64,000 nucleotides of DNA, taken from positions 1,889,526 to 1,953,525 of the forward strand of contig CAJINV010000006.1 in NCBI GenBank assembly GCA_905178155.1. The letters are read 5' to 3'. Below, one piece after another: positions 24,327-37,400 of the stretch (position 1 is its first letter; each line of letters begins with the position of its first letter). The notes under the pieces are model-generated. The model was given only the letters and a program-made list of their open reading frames with translations, did no database searches and had not been told where the DNA came from. This DNA comes from Amoebophrya sp. A120 (lineage: Eukaryota; Protista; Dinoflagellata). The position numbers and the translations under genes are program-made.

Positions 24327-25834
24327 TTTTTTCACTACCCCAACCACTCTGACAGTCAACTGTAAAAGGCGGTAATAAAAGAAAACTGGTATACAATAGT
24401 AGGCTCGATAGCCCTTGTAGGGGCGTGAAAGTTGTTCTTACTAGATTATCACTTTTTCTATTTTACCGCGAAGTAGTGACATCAAATAGAAGCACAGGAG
24501 ACTTGGTAGAAAAATTTCGAACCTTCGAGAAACATTGGTATATGAAAAAACACGAGAAACTTTAATTGTGTTGCTTTATATCCTTCCTCCCGAACATCGT
24601 GCCGCAGCGCAAGCAGAGCAACCCCTTTTGCCTGTCGTCGCACAACAGCACCGGTTGGGTGGAAGCGAGGGGCAGGACGGAGTTACTTACCGAAACGAAG
24701 CCGCGAACGAAGCACCAGGTCTCCGGAACCGATGACCGAATTCCGGAAATGCCGAAATTCAGGTGATGAAATAAGATGAGCAAGGCAGCAGGGGGTCGCA
24801 TTTTCATCAATTATGTTCTACCTCCTTGGGCTTGACGCTGACGCACAGTTTCTACTGCAGCTGTGTTGCTAAGGACAATGAGAATGAAGTGTTGTTCGGG
24901 ACAATGAAGCTCTCTCGGCGGGGGCCGCGCAAAAACGATTTTATTTCAAAAAAAGCACCACTGCATTTTTCTCCACTAGATGTTCTTTTTATTTAACGAG
25001 CAGCCTGTTGAGTTCGTCCCAACTTTGAGCAGTTCATCAGAGATGTTTCGCCCGTCCTCCCATGGTAGCCAGCGGCAGCGCGCAAGGAGATCCATACAGG
25101 TCTATGAATTTTTACTAGGATGATAATGTATCTGAACCATAAGAACATCGTATTTTGAACGAAGATCTACTGTATAGCGGTATTAGGTGCGCAGCGCTTG
25201 TTCTGATCAGTTTTTATTTCCACGTGGCTATGCTTGATATTGACGCACCAAGACTACGAAGCTCTTCTATCTTAGCGCGTTTTTTTGATGCTATAGCAAG
25301 CGGACAAAAAGATCTCACGATTTAGTATATGTCGGCAAGGGAAGTAGACCTAGCTGATAGTTTGGTATCTTGATCGATCTCATTTTCTCTTTTTCCGGCT
25401 GCGCGACGAGATCTATTTATCGTTTTTTTGCAGGTCGGCGCAGCCGTTTGTATTTCTGACGATAGCAAGCAGACACAGAATGACGCACAGCCACACGAGC
25501 ACAGCACAGTACGAACTGTTCATGATTTTTCCACTACCCCAACCACTCTGACAGTCAACTGTAAAAGGCGGAGGTGAACAAGAGAAGCTGATTTACAATC
25601 AATAGTAAGCGCGCTAGCCCTGCTTCTAGGGTCGTGAAAGTTCTTACCCGATAGAATCAGTTTTTCTATTTTACCGTTTAGTAGTGACATCAAATTATAG
25701 TACAGCAGACTTGATATAGAAAAACTTAAACTTTCCGATAATTTTATAAATGTTATTTTACGAACCTTCGAGAAACTTTGATATATGAAAAAACACGAAA
25801 AACTTATAATAGTTTTGCAGTGTGTTGCTTTATA
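24325..25834. repeat. Diverged direct repeat pair 24325-24580 / 25520-25834
   Basis: Shared CACTACCCCAACCACTCTGACAGTCAACTGTAAAAGGCGG...GTGTTGCTTTATA. Confidence 0.8.
24582..24820 (+). pseudogene. 5'-truncated, element-free copy of the 3' end and 3' UTR of the 22554-24052 gene
   Basis: Colinear with 23036-24110 minus three elements, with exactly one copy each of CAAGC, CCGGT and TCCGG; coding differences are synonymous. Confidence 0.85.
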
Positions 25835-26438
25835 GATTGTTTCGTCGCGCGTCAAATCCAGATAGTGATACAACCATTGAGGACATCGATGCTTTCAAAA
25901 CCCTTTAAAAACACGACGCTGCTGAAATAGAACAAAAAACAGCTACACGCAACATAGATCTATCACGCAAAAAGTTCGATTTCTTTATCGGATCGTTTGG
26001 AGTATAACAAAAAACTTCAGCGTGCCGCCAGCCACGAACGACCTACTTCTAGCAGTCTAATGCTCAGAAGAGTCTTCTGCGCGAAGAACTACATGCATTA
26101 ACCTTATTGATAAACGTTTTTTGTCGTAAGTATTTTTCGACTCACTTTTTCCAAACCGGAAACTACTATTAAACACGACTTCTGAGCCCGTTTTTTATTC
26201 CCGGCATTCGTCGGTCGAAAATTCACCTGGGTTACATTCTAGATACAGACACAACTTAAGTCTAAGATTGTGAAGGCGAGACACAATTCTTTTTGATTGT
26301 CGCATTTTCGCAACTACGATAAGCAAATGCTTACCACTACCACACGTTGTTGGACGCCTCAATTGACCTCCCAAAGTAACTTTATATATTTCCTTGTTGA
26401 TACCGCCTTTAAAAGAGTCTTCACGAGGGGGAGGCTTC

Positions 26439-27421
26439 TACCGAATATTCAGTGGAGCTTCGCCTTCGGATAAAAACTAAAGCCATACAGGAGAACTGAA
26501 ATTCGAAATTCTCTCAGTTCAAATCCATTTTTACGTTTTTCTCTCCACAGCTGCTTCCAAAGGAATTCGCAGCTCAGAACGTTCTTGAGTATCCGCGAAC
26601 AGTTTCTATCGGAAAGCAGCCTGGTGATACATTAGATCTGCATACATAATTTTTGTACGATGTTCGACGCCTACTTCCTAGAGCTAGATTAATAACTACA
26701 GAATTATATATTTCCTGTTTGTTTATTTCCTACCGAATTGTAGTGACAACGAGAACGACACTCACTTCCGCCCCAATCGCATGATTATATCAAGTAGGGG
26801 CCGTTCAGATCGTAGCTATAAGTAGGAGAAAGACCCGTTGTCTAGAAGTAGACCCAAGAGCATTAACAAGCTGAAGAAAGACGACACATACGCTGCAGCA
26901 ACTTCCGGAGGCTCTTTCAGGAGGAAGGAGCACAGTCTAAAAATCTTTGGCAAGAGCAAGACGGTGAAGTAGTATCTCTTTCTTTTTCAACAGCAAAACC
27001 TAGGGACAACGGCACGACGGGTCTCTCTTTCAAACGAATTTTCGGCGCAAGACAACTACACCGGTACCGAATATTCAGTGGAGCTTCGCCTTCGGATAAA
27101 AACTACATCGGTAGAAAGAGAAGAACTGAGATTCTAAATAGTCTCAGTTCAAAATCAAATCCATATATAGTGTCTACCACAGCAGCTACAACAGCTTCCA
27201 AAAGCATTCGCAGCTCCCAAAGCGTTCTGGAGTATCCGCGAATATTAGCGTCTATTGGAAAGGAGCAGCCTGGTGATACATTGAGTCTGCTTGTTACATG
27301 ATTTTTGTACGATTTTTCCTAGAGCTATTCAAGAGAATTATCATTACCCAGCATTTGTTTCCCTATCGAATCGTCAAAACGGTACTAACTTCCCAAAACC
27401 CGGCATTATATCAAGTAGGGG
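26439..27421. repeat. Diverged direct repeat pair 26439-26800 / 27065-27421
   Basis: Shared TACCGAATATTCAGTGGAGCTTCGCCTTCGGATAAAAACTA...ATTATATCAAGTAGGGG. Confidence 0.85.
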
Positions 27422-28427
27422 TCGTGTTGTAGAATCTAGCTAGACGAGGACGACCTGTACTAGAGAAACCACAAGAAGTGCCAGGCGTCATCATTCTAGC
27501 GCGCCACAATTACGGCGAAACTTTAGTTTCGGAACATCAAGAACTTCCTTTCGCCTTCTCGTCCTTTCGAGAAGGCAGACCAGCGTTAGTACAAGAACGA
27601 CCAGCACAGCATTTATTCAGCGGGTTTGGAAAGGGCCACACCGCAGCTCCATTTTACGCCAAGAATAAAAGGGAAAGAAGAAGAAGAACTTCGACAGCTG
27701 ATATCGTTTTATCTGAGCAACAGTTACAGCACTAGCAGCAGCAGCAGCAGTAGTGCTTCTCTAAGATCCAGGAGGACAAGAGCTACCGGTTGAAGAAATT
27801 TGTAAGGCCTGTGAAGCAGAAGAAAATCATTTACAACAGGACCGGACGGATAAGCCGAAAATCATTTACAACTAGTACGGGGCCGCCGAGGACAACTTGC
27901 AGCAGTTGTAGTTCTACCGCAACTTCTACAACAACCTCAGAAGTTGTCCAGCGCCCTCTATTTGGCGAATATATTGCAGAGGAACGAAGAAAAATTCAGA
28001 TCTTTGTACGATTGAACTACGAGCAGAAAGAGAAGAAGATAAATGCCTTGGTGACAGTACGTACTATAGATAGGACGACGTATTTTAGAAGTCAGCCGCG
28101 CCAAAGAGCCGAGGAGAAGTTCTCCTGGACGAGAACACATCTATCAATTGCACTACACGACCTATTTGGACACTGAATTGAAGCTACGCGACCGGGTCGC
28201 TTCGTTTCGCGCACGATCATCTTCACGAAGAAGCTACACGGGTACTATCTTTTTTTTCTTAGATGAGCGTGGCTGCGGCCTTTTCCTAGTGCTTGTTGCA
28301 TGGTGGTAGTTGTAGAGGGTTACTTCTAGATCGTGAAGGTTGTAAGAAAGTATGCAAGTGCCATCAACTAGATCAACATTTTATCTCTTGAAGAACATTA
28401 CTACACAGGTGCCAACGATAAGCGAAG

Positions 28428-31400
28428 ATGTACGCGAACCAGTCATCTTCATATTCGGGGGTGCGTGGTGGACCACGATCACAGCGACAAGGTGGTGCTA
28501 CTGCAAAAAATCAAGGCACTAGTGTCAAGAACACGACTTCAAGTTGTACTAGCATGTCGAGCAGTCGAGCAACCCCTCTTCCAGGTACTTCGTATGATTA
28601 TGATTACCAGCAACAGCAGACTAGGGACAACAGTAGAGACCACAGGCCGCGCGGCGGGGGTCAACAACTCGAAGACCACAGGCCGCGCGGCGGGGGCCAA
28701 CAACAACAACTCCGCCAAGCGGACGAGCACAATACTATCCCGTACCCAGCGGTCCCCTCTCGGCCGCCCGTTCCTGGCGACGGGTTGTACGCGAGTCGGC
28801 ACGAAGGAGCTCCTGCAGGGAAAGCTGCTGCCAACAGGTTTTATTCCGCAACGGGAGGAGGTGGCCGCGGTGGTGGGGCTGGAGCTCCAACTGCTTCTGG
28901 GGCGAGGCATGTGGATCATCAACAGAAGTCCTCTCCTTCGTACTACGACTACCAGGATGCAGCTGACCACCAGGACCAACGACCAAGTGGAGGCATGATC
29001 AATCAGGTTATGGATGTGTCAGGATCGAAATCGACAAAATCGAAACAATTTGTGATGCATAAAGCCGCTACTAGTTGGAGCGCAGTTTCTCAGTGGCGCA
29101 TGACAAATTTCGGGAGCACCAAAATCCAGTCTGTCATGCTGTTCGGGCAAACAAGACTGCTCCTGTCATGCTACTCTGGCAGCACATTGTGTACCCGTAA
29201 ACAGGCTTACAATCGGTCTCAGTTGCCTTATCCCCAATACAGGCCTCTAGTGTCCTACAGTTTATGCATCACAAATTTTTCGACTTTGTCGATTTCGATC
29301 CTGACAGTTCCATACAGGTTCGGGCAGGAGTACAAACCGCGAAGATTTCTTCACACCCTTCTATCAAATGTAAAAATGTCTGTGTCTGGAAACTTCTGAT
29401 GCAGTGTGGCGTATCATGAGGAGACCACAATTGCTGGCTCAGCATGACAAGTTTCTCAGCTTCTAGGTGTTGCCTATTCTGCAAGACAAACTACGTTTCT
29501 GCATGACAGAAAAGTGTGGCTCTTTGGTAATGTGCATGACAGATTTAAGAGTCATGCCAGACAAGCATGACAAACTTGCATTCTTCCAGACCCAGACATT
29601 TTTACACTTGATACCTTCTGCGAAGGAACAACAACAACATCATGCTAGAGATAATTTCAAGATGGGACGTGCTGGAGGTGGGGAGCCAACGTACAGTAAA
29701 AATTCGACGGCGGACTATCCTCGTCGAGGTCCTCTGCAAAGGGATCACGTTCTTCTTGACAGCTTCAGCTACGGTCGCGATCATTACAACAATCAGACTC
29801 GTCGTTCCTACGAGAACGGCGACCAGGGAGAGGTGGTCCCTGGTGGCCATCGAGCTACTACAGAACGCTCATACAACAGGAACAGCTACGACGACCTCCA
29901 GAACTATGAAAACCCCCAGTTACTGGACATCCAGCGCGAGGATCGGGGGTCGACATGGGCGGGCTACAACAACTACCGTAATGCTCATTCCGGCGGACCA
30001 ACATCTTCGAGACGAGACGCACAAAATTACGTCCACCAGTATCAAGAAGCAGGGTCGTCAGGGATGAATAAAAATGCGCTCGACCGACAGCAGCAGCAGT
30101 GCGGGGGCGGAGCGGCTGCGGCTTCATCCTCGGGCGCTGGTGGTGGTGGCCACTACAAGAACAATCACAAGCCCAACTACATGTTGACCAAGAAGAGTGG
30201 CACGACAAACCCAAATGCATCCGGCTTGTTCAGTGGGAAGAACAAGAACCCCTGCCATGTGTTCCCCCTGAAGCCGGACTACAGCTCGCATGTGTTGCCC
30301 CCACCGCCATCCGCATCATCTGCCGGCGCAGGAGTCTATCACGGTAACACTCGTAACAAAAACGATACGTTTTACAACCGCCGGCGACCGAGTTCTTTCG
30401 AGATGGAAACGAGAGGCTTGGAAAATCAAGTAGACCACTTGTCTCAGTCAGGAGGACCAACCTCCCGCCCGAGGAGCCGGGCTGGAACAAGTACGAGCGG
30501 AAAACAAGATCAGGACCACCGGCAAGCGCAACACCATCCTCAGCATCAGAGTGGTCAACAACATCCGTGGATAATGAAAGGCGATGACGCGGTACAACGT
30601 AGTTGTCGGGGAACTAGAATATTAAATACTGGCACTGTAGTTGACCACAGAAGCAGATACTGTGACGACGCGGCAACTGAAGTTGAAGAGAATATTGAAG
30701 CAAATTACTCAACACGCGGCCCACCCCCACCTCCTGCTGTTCATGAGTATAATCAAAATCATGCGAGCTCGAGCAGTAGAATAGTACAGAAAGGTGGAAA
30801 TAACATTCCGATGAACAAGGGCAAGATAAATGCAGCAGTGGTTCACAAAAAAGACAACAAGCCCGCGGCCCACTACCGAGTGGAAGACCAGCGAGGAGGG
30901 CAGCAGCAAAACTTTTACGCGAACAAACGAGATGAAGTTTTGACACGGGGGCCTGGAGAAACGGACCACGATTTTATTCACCAAGGCCACGACCCGCCAA
31001 GTAAAGGAGATCATGGACGACGGCGTCTGGGACACCAGCGGGGCTATCAGTACGGTGAAGAACATGATCAGGGGGCTCATGATTTTTACCTGAACATGGA
31101 GCAGCAGCAGCAGCATGGAGAGCCCACTGCAAGTACTTCTAGAGCTCCTGCTCACGATCTTCATCACTTGTGCAATGTTGTTGCACGAGGAGAGCAAATT
31201 GAGGGACAAGATGAACATTCCCCGGTGGACAGACAGAACCGCTCGCGTGCGAATTCGAGCCGCACACCCGCGGCGCCGTCCGGGTCCTCTTCCCGCGAGG
31301 GAGGAGCAACAACTCGTGATGTTCATGTTGGCCTGCAACAACATCCAGCTCAGCAGACCATGACTTCGGCGCAGGGCGGAGGAGGTGAAGATTATCGTAC

Positions 31401-34400
31401 ACTGAGGACCTTCAAGCAGTGTGAGTCAGAGCGCTACGATATCACAAGAAAAAGTGTACACGTACACGGTTTGCGTTTTTTCCCCAAAAAAATTTTTTGG
31501 CGGCCCCCTAGCGAGACGTAGTGGCACCACTTGAAGCCTTCGCCCCGGCGTTGGAGAGACTGTCGCTCTACAATGGTCTGATTTAACTATGGGCGCAAGC
31601 TTTTAGGGTCGCCGCCCAAGCCCGATGCATTTTGGTGGATGATATCCACGAGGCAGACCTGCGATCCTGGCTCCAGATGGGGCCCCTTGCATCAGCGCAA
31701 AGCAGCTCCCCCTCCAATGCCCGACAGTGTCCCACCGCCATGAACACTCCACCCCCACCCGCCAGGCTGTGTTTGGTGTCGGAAACATTGATGGGGGCTG
31801 CGGAATATTGTTTGGGCGGGAGCCGAACTGCTTCAGATTTCTCGGCAGGTTCGTCTGGCTGTGTTGTGTTCCGAGATCTGGGAAAGTTTCCAAATTTCGG
31901 ATGTCCGGAAAAACGCAATTTTTTGCATACATCCAAGGGCATATTTTTCAGATTGGCCAAAAACCGTGTACATGGAACCTAGCCACCACGCTATGGTCCA
32001 CGTACACGGTTTCAAAAGTAGGAAATACGCAACAAATTTCAAAAAGGGGCCACAAAAACCGTGTGCATCGCATCTAGACTGCATGGTATGGCCGATGTAC
32101 ACGGTTCAGAGCGTCTATCTCCGGGCCCGACCACTTCGCAGACCGTGTACATCCATCATACCATGCAGGTTGGATGCGATGTACACGGTTTTTTGATGGT
32201 GCGCAGTTTCACGCTCGAAATTCAGATAAGTTTGCCTCTTTTTCTGCGGATTTTCTTGACCCCAAGAAAAACCGTGAATGAGCAAAACCGTGAAGATTAT
32301 CGTACAATGAGGACCTTCAAGCAGTGTGAGTCAGAGCGCTACGAACGCCAGCGGGATTTGTACACTAAGGCTTTCATAAACAACAGGAAGACCAACTACA
32401 CGACAAACGACCGTCCTGAAATGGAAAGGAACTCATCTCATCTCCAGGGTCGCAGTAAACAGCTGCGCTTGTCTGCGGATCAGGATCAGGAACAAGAACC
32501 TACGCAGCAGCACCAGCACAACCAGCAAGTTCTTGAGGATCCGCTTTATTTTCCTGAAACATCGTCAACCTCAAGTCGGATCGGGTCCGATCCGGTCACT
32601 ACGACCGAAAACTCCACCAGTAGCAGTTTCTCTTCATCTGGTGGTGCAGATGGGAGTACTGCTGGTGCAACTGGATGCCGTAAAAATGACGGAAAAATCG
32701 TCCAGGATGATCATGTTGGGAATTTTTCTAGAAACCCCGACGTGGTTGCCGGAGTTGCACGACCTGCTGCCGCTGCAGCTTCAGAAACGCCTGCGCCACC
32801 TGTGCGGCATCATGTTCTTGAAGCGAATATAAATTTGAATCCCGCAGTAGGAGAACCATCAAATCGCGTTCTTGCACCTCCTGCTCGTGCACCACCACCT
32901 CCACCGGCAATAATTTCCAACGAGGACATGGGAGGGTCTTGTCAGTACGCTGGGGTTCTTGAGTTGCATGGGGACAATCGGGAAGATCATGATTACGACG
33001 TTCAAATGCAGGATAAAAACGATGGTGTTCTTGGTTCGTCTCCTCCTGAAAAAAACCTTCGAGGACTTCTCGAAACACAGCACGGAGGTTTTATTTCAAG
33101 TCGAAACGAGAACGACCAGCAGGTGCAGGACCACTCTCACTATAGGACGAAACAAGTACCTCCGCTGCACGAGGAAGGGACAAGGAACGCTGGCCGCGAA
33201 CAACATCAAGGGAGGCTGAAGGTTTTGCCTAATAATCCGTTGAAAGAATGTGTAGCTGCTGCTGGTGACCATGATCATGAATTCAAAGCAACTTCTGCTG
33301 CGAGATACGAGCAAAGTGCTGCGGCGCAGGACCACGAGCACGACGAGATCATGCAAGACGTTTCTTCTACGAATTCTGTGACCGCTCCCAAGAACCACAG
33401 AGCGAACAGAAGTGGCACGACGGATGCTGATCGTAAGCAGACTGACACAACTCTCGATGCTGATCGTAAGCAGACTGACACAACTCTCGTCGATGATATT
33501 TCTGCTGGAGATGCTCTTGATAAAAAACAGCAGCAGTTCCATACTTCTTTACCGGGTCCTCGTGATCCGGTAGTGGTTGAGGGTTTCGAGGATAATGCGA
33601 CTCTACACGCTCTTGGTCAGGACGTTGATGTCGAAACAAAAAAGACCGCCACGGAAAATAGGAAAGCAAGGGAGCCAACGGCTCAAGATTTGGTGGACCG
33701 GGAAGAACAAAATTCCGAGATACTTGGTGCGCCGAATCTTTCTACTCCTAGCACTTCGGTAAAGCAGAGAAGCTCCGCGCAGCAAGAAGAAGATGAGCTT
33801 GTCCACGGAATGAACAAACGGCCTAGCAGCTCGTCCTCCACCGTAGCAGAAGTCGTGGCGGGAGGTTTGGTCTCTAGTACAACTTCTGCACAAGATAAGC
33901 AGCAAGAAAAAGATCCAGGAGCGGCAACGGAATCATCATCGTCCCGACCCCGAGAAGAAGTGGTGGACGAAAATAGCAGGAATAGCCACGACATCAAGCA
34001 GGATCTTCGCGTCGACAAAGCAGGAGCCGCCACGGTCGTTTACGCAGCTTTAGCGGCGGCTACGAGCAGCGAACCGGTGGAGAGGGCCAGAGTGATTAGG
34101 GAAGGAGAAGGAGAGGACACAACGGTCTACGTTTCCCTTACCCCGAAAGACCCTTTGAACACCAGCAACAGACACAACGACCTCCGAAACAGACGGGGAG
34201 GTGCAGCTGGGGTCGTCGTCCCGGGGGGACAACAAACCCTTGGAGGTCCACCCTCAAGTGGAGCTCCTGGTCCCACGACAGGAAGTAGTGTCCTCGTGGA
34301 TCAACACCCAGGTTCTGGCTCTCTGTCCGCCACAGGAGATGAAACCATTGACGAAAAGACGGAGCTGAAGCGGCGCAAAAACCGGGAGAAAAACGCGAAG

Positions 34401-37400
34401 AAGCGGCAAAGAAAGGCGGTGCAGAAGCGGGCACAAGGGAAAGCCGTACGGATCTGGGAACGGTTGCTGAACGAAGGGAATGTGGATCCGGAGTTGATCA
34501 AAAAATCGATGGAGTATTACAGTTACCTAACTCACCCGCTGGATGACGAGGACGAGGACGGGTTCTGTGACAATAACTACGAAGTAGACGGGGATCTCGG
34601 ATCCGGGGCCGCGGCTGCAAAAAAGCACAACATGGTGCTGAATAAACAAGGGAGCTGCACCATGAAAACAAGCAGCTCTTCCACTTCGATGAAAGGTCAG
34701 TCTGCGTCCTCCTCCACTGCGGCAAGTCAACAGCATACTACCAGCTACCCCAACATCAACCAGAAGAAACCCGCAGCTCCCAACAGCACCCCCGCCCTGC
34801 CGAAGATTTTCAGCGTGTTCGCCAACAGTGCAAAATTGCTGCCTCCGGAAATCGAGCAGGAGTTCCTACGACAACTGAAGACGTTGGAAGAAGACTACAA
34901 CGAGAAATGCGCGCATTTGATATCCTGTGCAAAAGTATCGTACTCGTATTGCAATCATGCATTTACAAATCTTTTTCTTGAGGTAAATCGGCACTACAAA
35001 TTTTATTTCTCATGCTGAGGAAATTTGTGATGCATTTATACGAGTGCGATACCTTTGCAATTCATATTTGAACGTCCGCACCAATAACCCAGATGACGCG
35101 ACTTTACTCCAGATGGAAACTAATCGAAAGCTGAAGGCGCTTTGCGAGCAGCTGGACATCAAAATGGAAAAGGCGGACGGGAAGGGGTATGCGGTTGAAG
35201 AGGTCTGGGAGGATTGGGAAGAAGAAGAACGTGACATAAACGGAGACCTTCTCCACGGCTCCTGCAACAGTCCGGCGGACAGCGGTGCTGAAGCGGAACA
35301 ATTTTACGACGACGGATTCTTCCACGGACAGGAACACGCAGGTAGATCAGCAGGACAACATTCACGCCACTTTACTGACCACGAGCAAACAAACCTGAGC
35401 GGCGTAAAGGGAAAGCGGAACGCTTTTCCAGGCGGAGGTGGTGGCTCATCTTTCCGTGTGAGAAACAAGAATGAAGATGATTACAATACCCAACACGAAC
35501 AAGTAGACCACATTGTTCAGGAGCTGGAAAATAATAACGGGTTTGCAAGTGGTAAGAGGCGCGGCGTTGGTGCTGACAACAAGCTCCACCGCGGCCAGAA
35601 GGACCCTTTTCAGCAGCAATATCAAATTGTGAAGCACGGTAGCGGCCTTGGGGCAGAAGATAATTTTCCGAGGCTATCGGTAAACAGTACAAGTAATCAT
35701 GCCGATGAGGAGCGCGAAGTTGACAATTTTCACTACTATGAGCATTTTCAGCACCTAAACCGAAGTTCCACTGGGAACAGTAACAGCTCCCCGGCTTCTT
35801 CTTCTACTCGAAAAACTACTCCAGGCGGACTCTGCTCCAGCACTGCGCCCAACGCGATTGATGTGAACCGCGCCCGCGTTGACGGCTTGCTGAGTCAGAA
35901 GACCACACAGGACAAGCTCCGCAGTTTGCTGTATGGCGGGCACAGCAGTTGGGGGAAGAGTGACTGGTGGGACGCGGAAAGGAAGCTGCGGCGGAAGGAA
36001 TCGTTTCAACGCGATATGCAACGAGACAAGGATGATCTCGAGTCGATCAGCAGTAGCAACACGGCTTCTACTACGTCTGGGCTTGTTCAGCGATATGGAT
36101 CATTTCATCCCGCCGAACAAGAGAAGTCAAACAGAACATCCGCTGCTGAAGGGTCTTATTTTTTCCCCGGGGCGGCTGCATCCGGAAATAAAAGTGGAAA
36201 GAACTCGGGAGGTCCGAATTCATCGCCCCCTTGCTATCCGAGTTATAGTACTAGCGGTAAGCCAACGGAGGAATCCTTGCCACCATTACATCCGAATTTG
36301 CAAAGAAGTACTAGTGGCCCACCTAGTCGTCCACTTGGCAGCCCGATGCTGAGTCCGTATCTGAAGCTTTACGCACGGTCCGAGCGAAATTGCGACGCAA
36401 TTGAGTGCGAAATTCTTTCTGTCATTCAGAAAAAAACCTCGGAGTGGTTTCTAAAGACAAAAAGCAGGAAGTACAACTTCTACGCACGTGATGAAACCTA
36501 CAGTAGCTGCAGTGGTGAAGATTTAGACCACGACGACGGCGGCGCTCCTGGGGAACAACAAGGTGACGTTGTTGATGGAAGTGATCACGCTCCAGCACCA
36601 CCGCCTGTGCCTCCTGCGAACAAACAGGACTCAGCGCAGGAGCTGCGCCCTGAAGCACCAGGCGATGGACACGTGACCACGACGTCCAATCTCACGGCAG
36701 CTCAAGTTGTAGGACCATCTCTAGTAGAAGACGGCAAGCTGCACAAACAGGGCGATACGACCACTAAAACCGCCAAAAAAACGATCGTCGTCCGCGTTTT
36801 GGATCTGGAAGACAATGAGTGGATGCGGCGCCGCGTCAGCCGCGACCTAACGCAGCTCTACCGCATGACGCGAAGGCAGAAAATGATGCACGAATCGCCG
36901 GAAACACCGGCGAACCAGCCGTGGCGGGACTGCTTAAAGGCGAAGGTTAATTCTTTGTCGAAAAAGGAAAAGCACGCCTTGAAGTGCTTCTCTCTAGATT
37001 TAGATTACAAGATCTACTGGACGGGTCTGTTGACCTACGAGCACAGCTGCGGAGTGGGTGGTGGGGGCCAGAACTCCGACGAGTGCGAGAATTTATTTCT
37101 TCAACAGCCTGCTTACAACAGCGGTGGAGGAGGCGGCACGAGCAGTATGGTTGGAGGCCACCAGCACGTGAAGGCCCGGAAAGACGACTTTTGCCAGGTC
37201 AGTTTGGTCGATGTGATGGCGCCTCCGGACGAGGTCGCACTGCTGTTGAATACAGGTGATATCAACGGGGCCGCAAAGAGTGATGAGGAAGCTGATGCAG
37301 TACATCTAGATATGGAAGAAGCACAAGGACTAGGACAAGAGGCGGAGGCTGCTCCAGACTGCCGCGGAGACAAAAAGAATGAAGACGCTGAATTACAACC

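Noticed and set aside
24830-28400. Short ORFs in the AT-richer intergenic region
   Set aside because: No recognisable domains; the region is made partly of diverged local duplications.
31583-31982. ORFs inside element J as a possible transposase
   Set aside because: They are short and have no recognisable DDE, HTH or recombinase motif by eye.
34920-34928. Resemblance of (A/G)TATCCT element starts to the U12-type 5' splice site RTATCCTT
   Set aside because: The preceding base is arbitrary, many elements start TATG or TATCAA, removal is orientation-independent, and no U12 branch-point or AC/AG end is consistently present.
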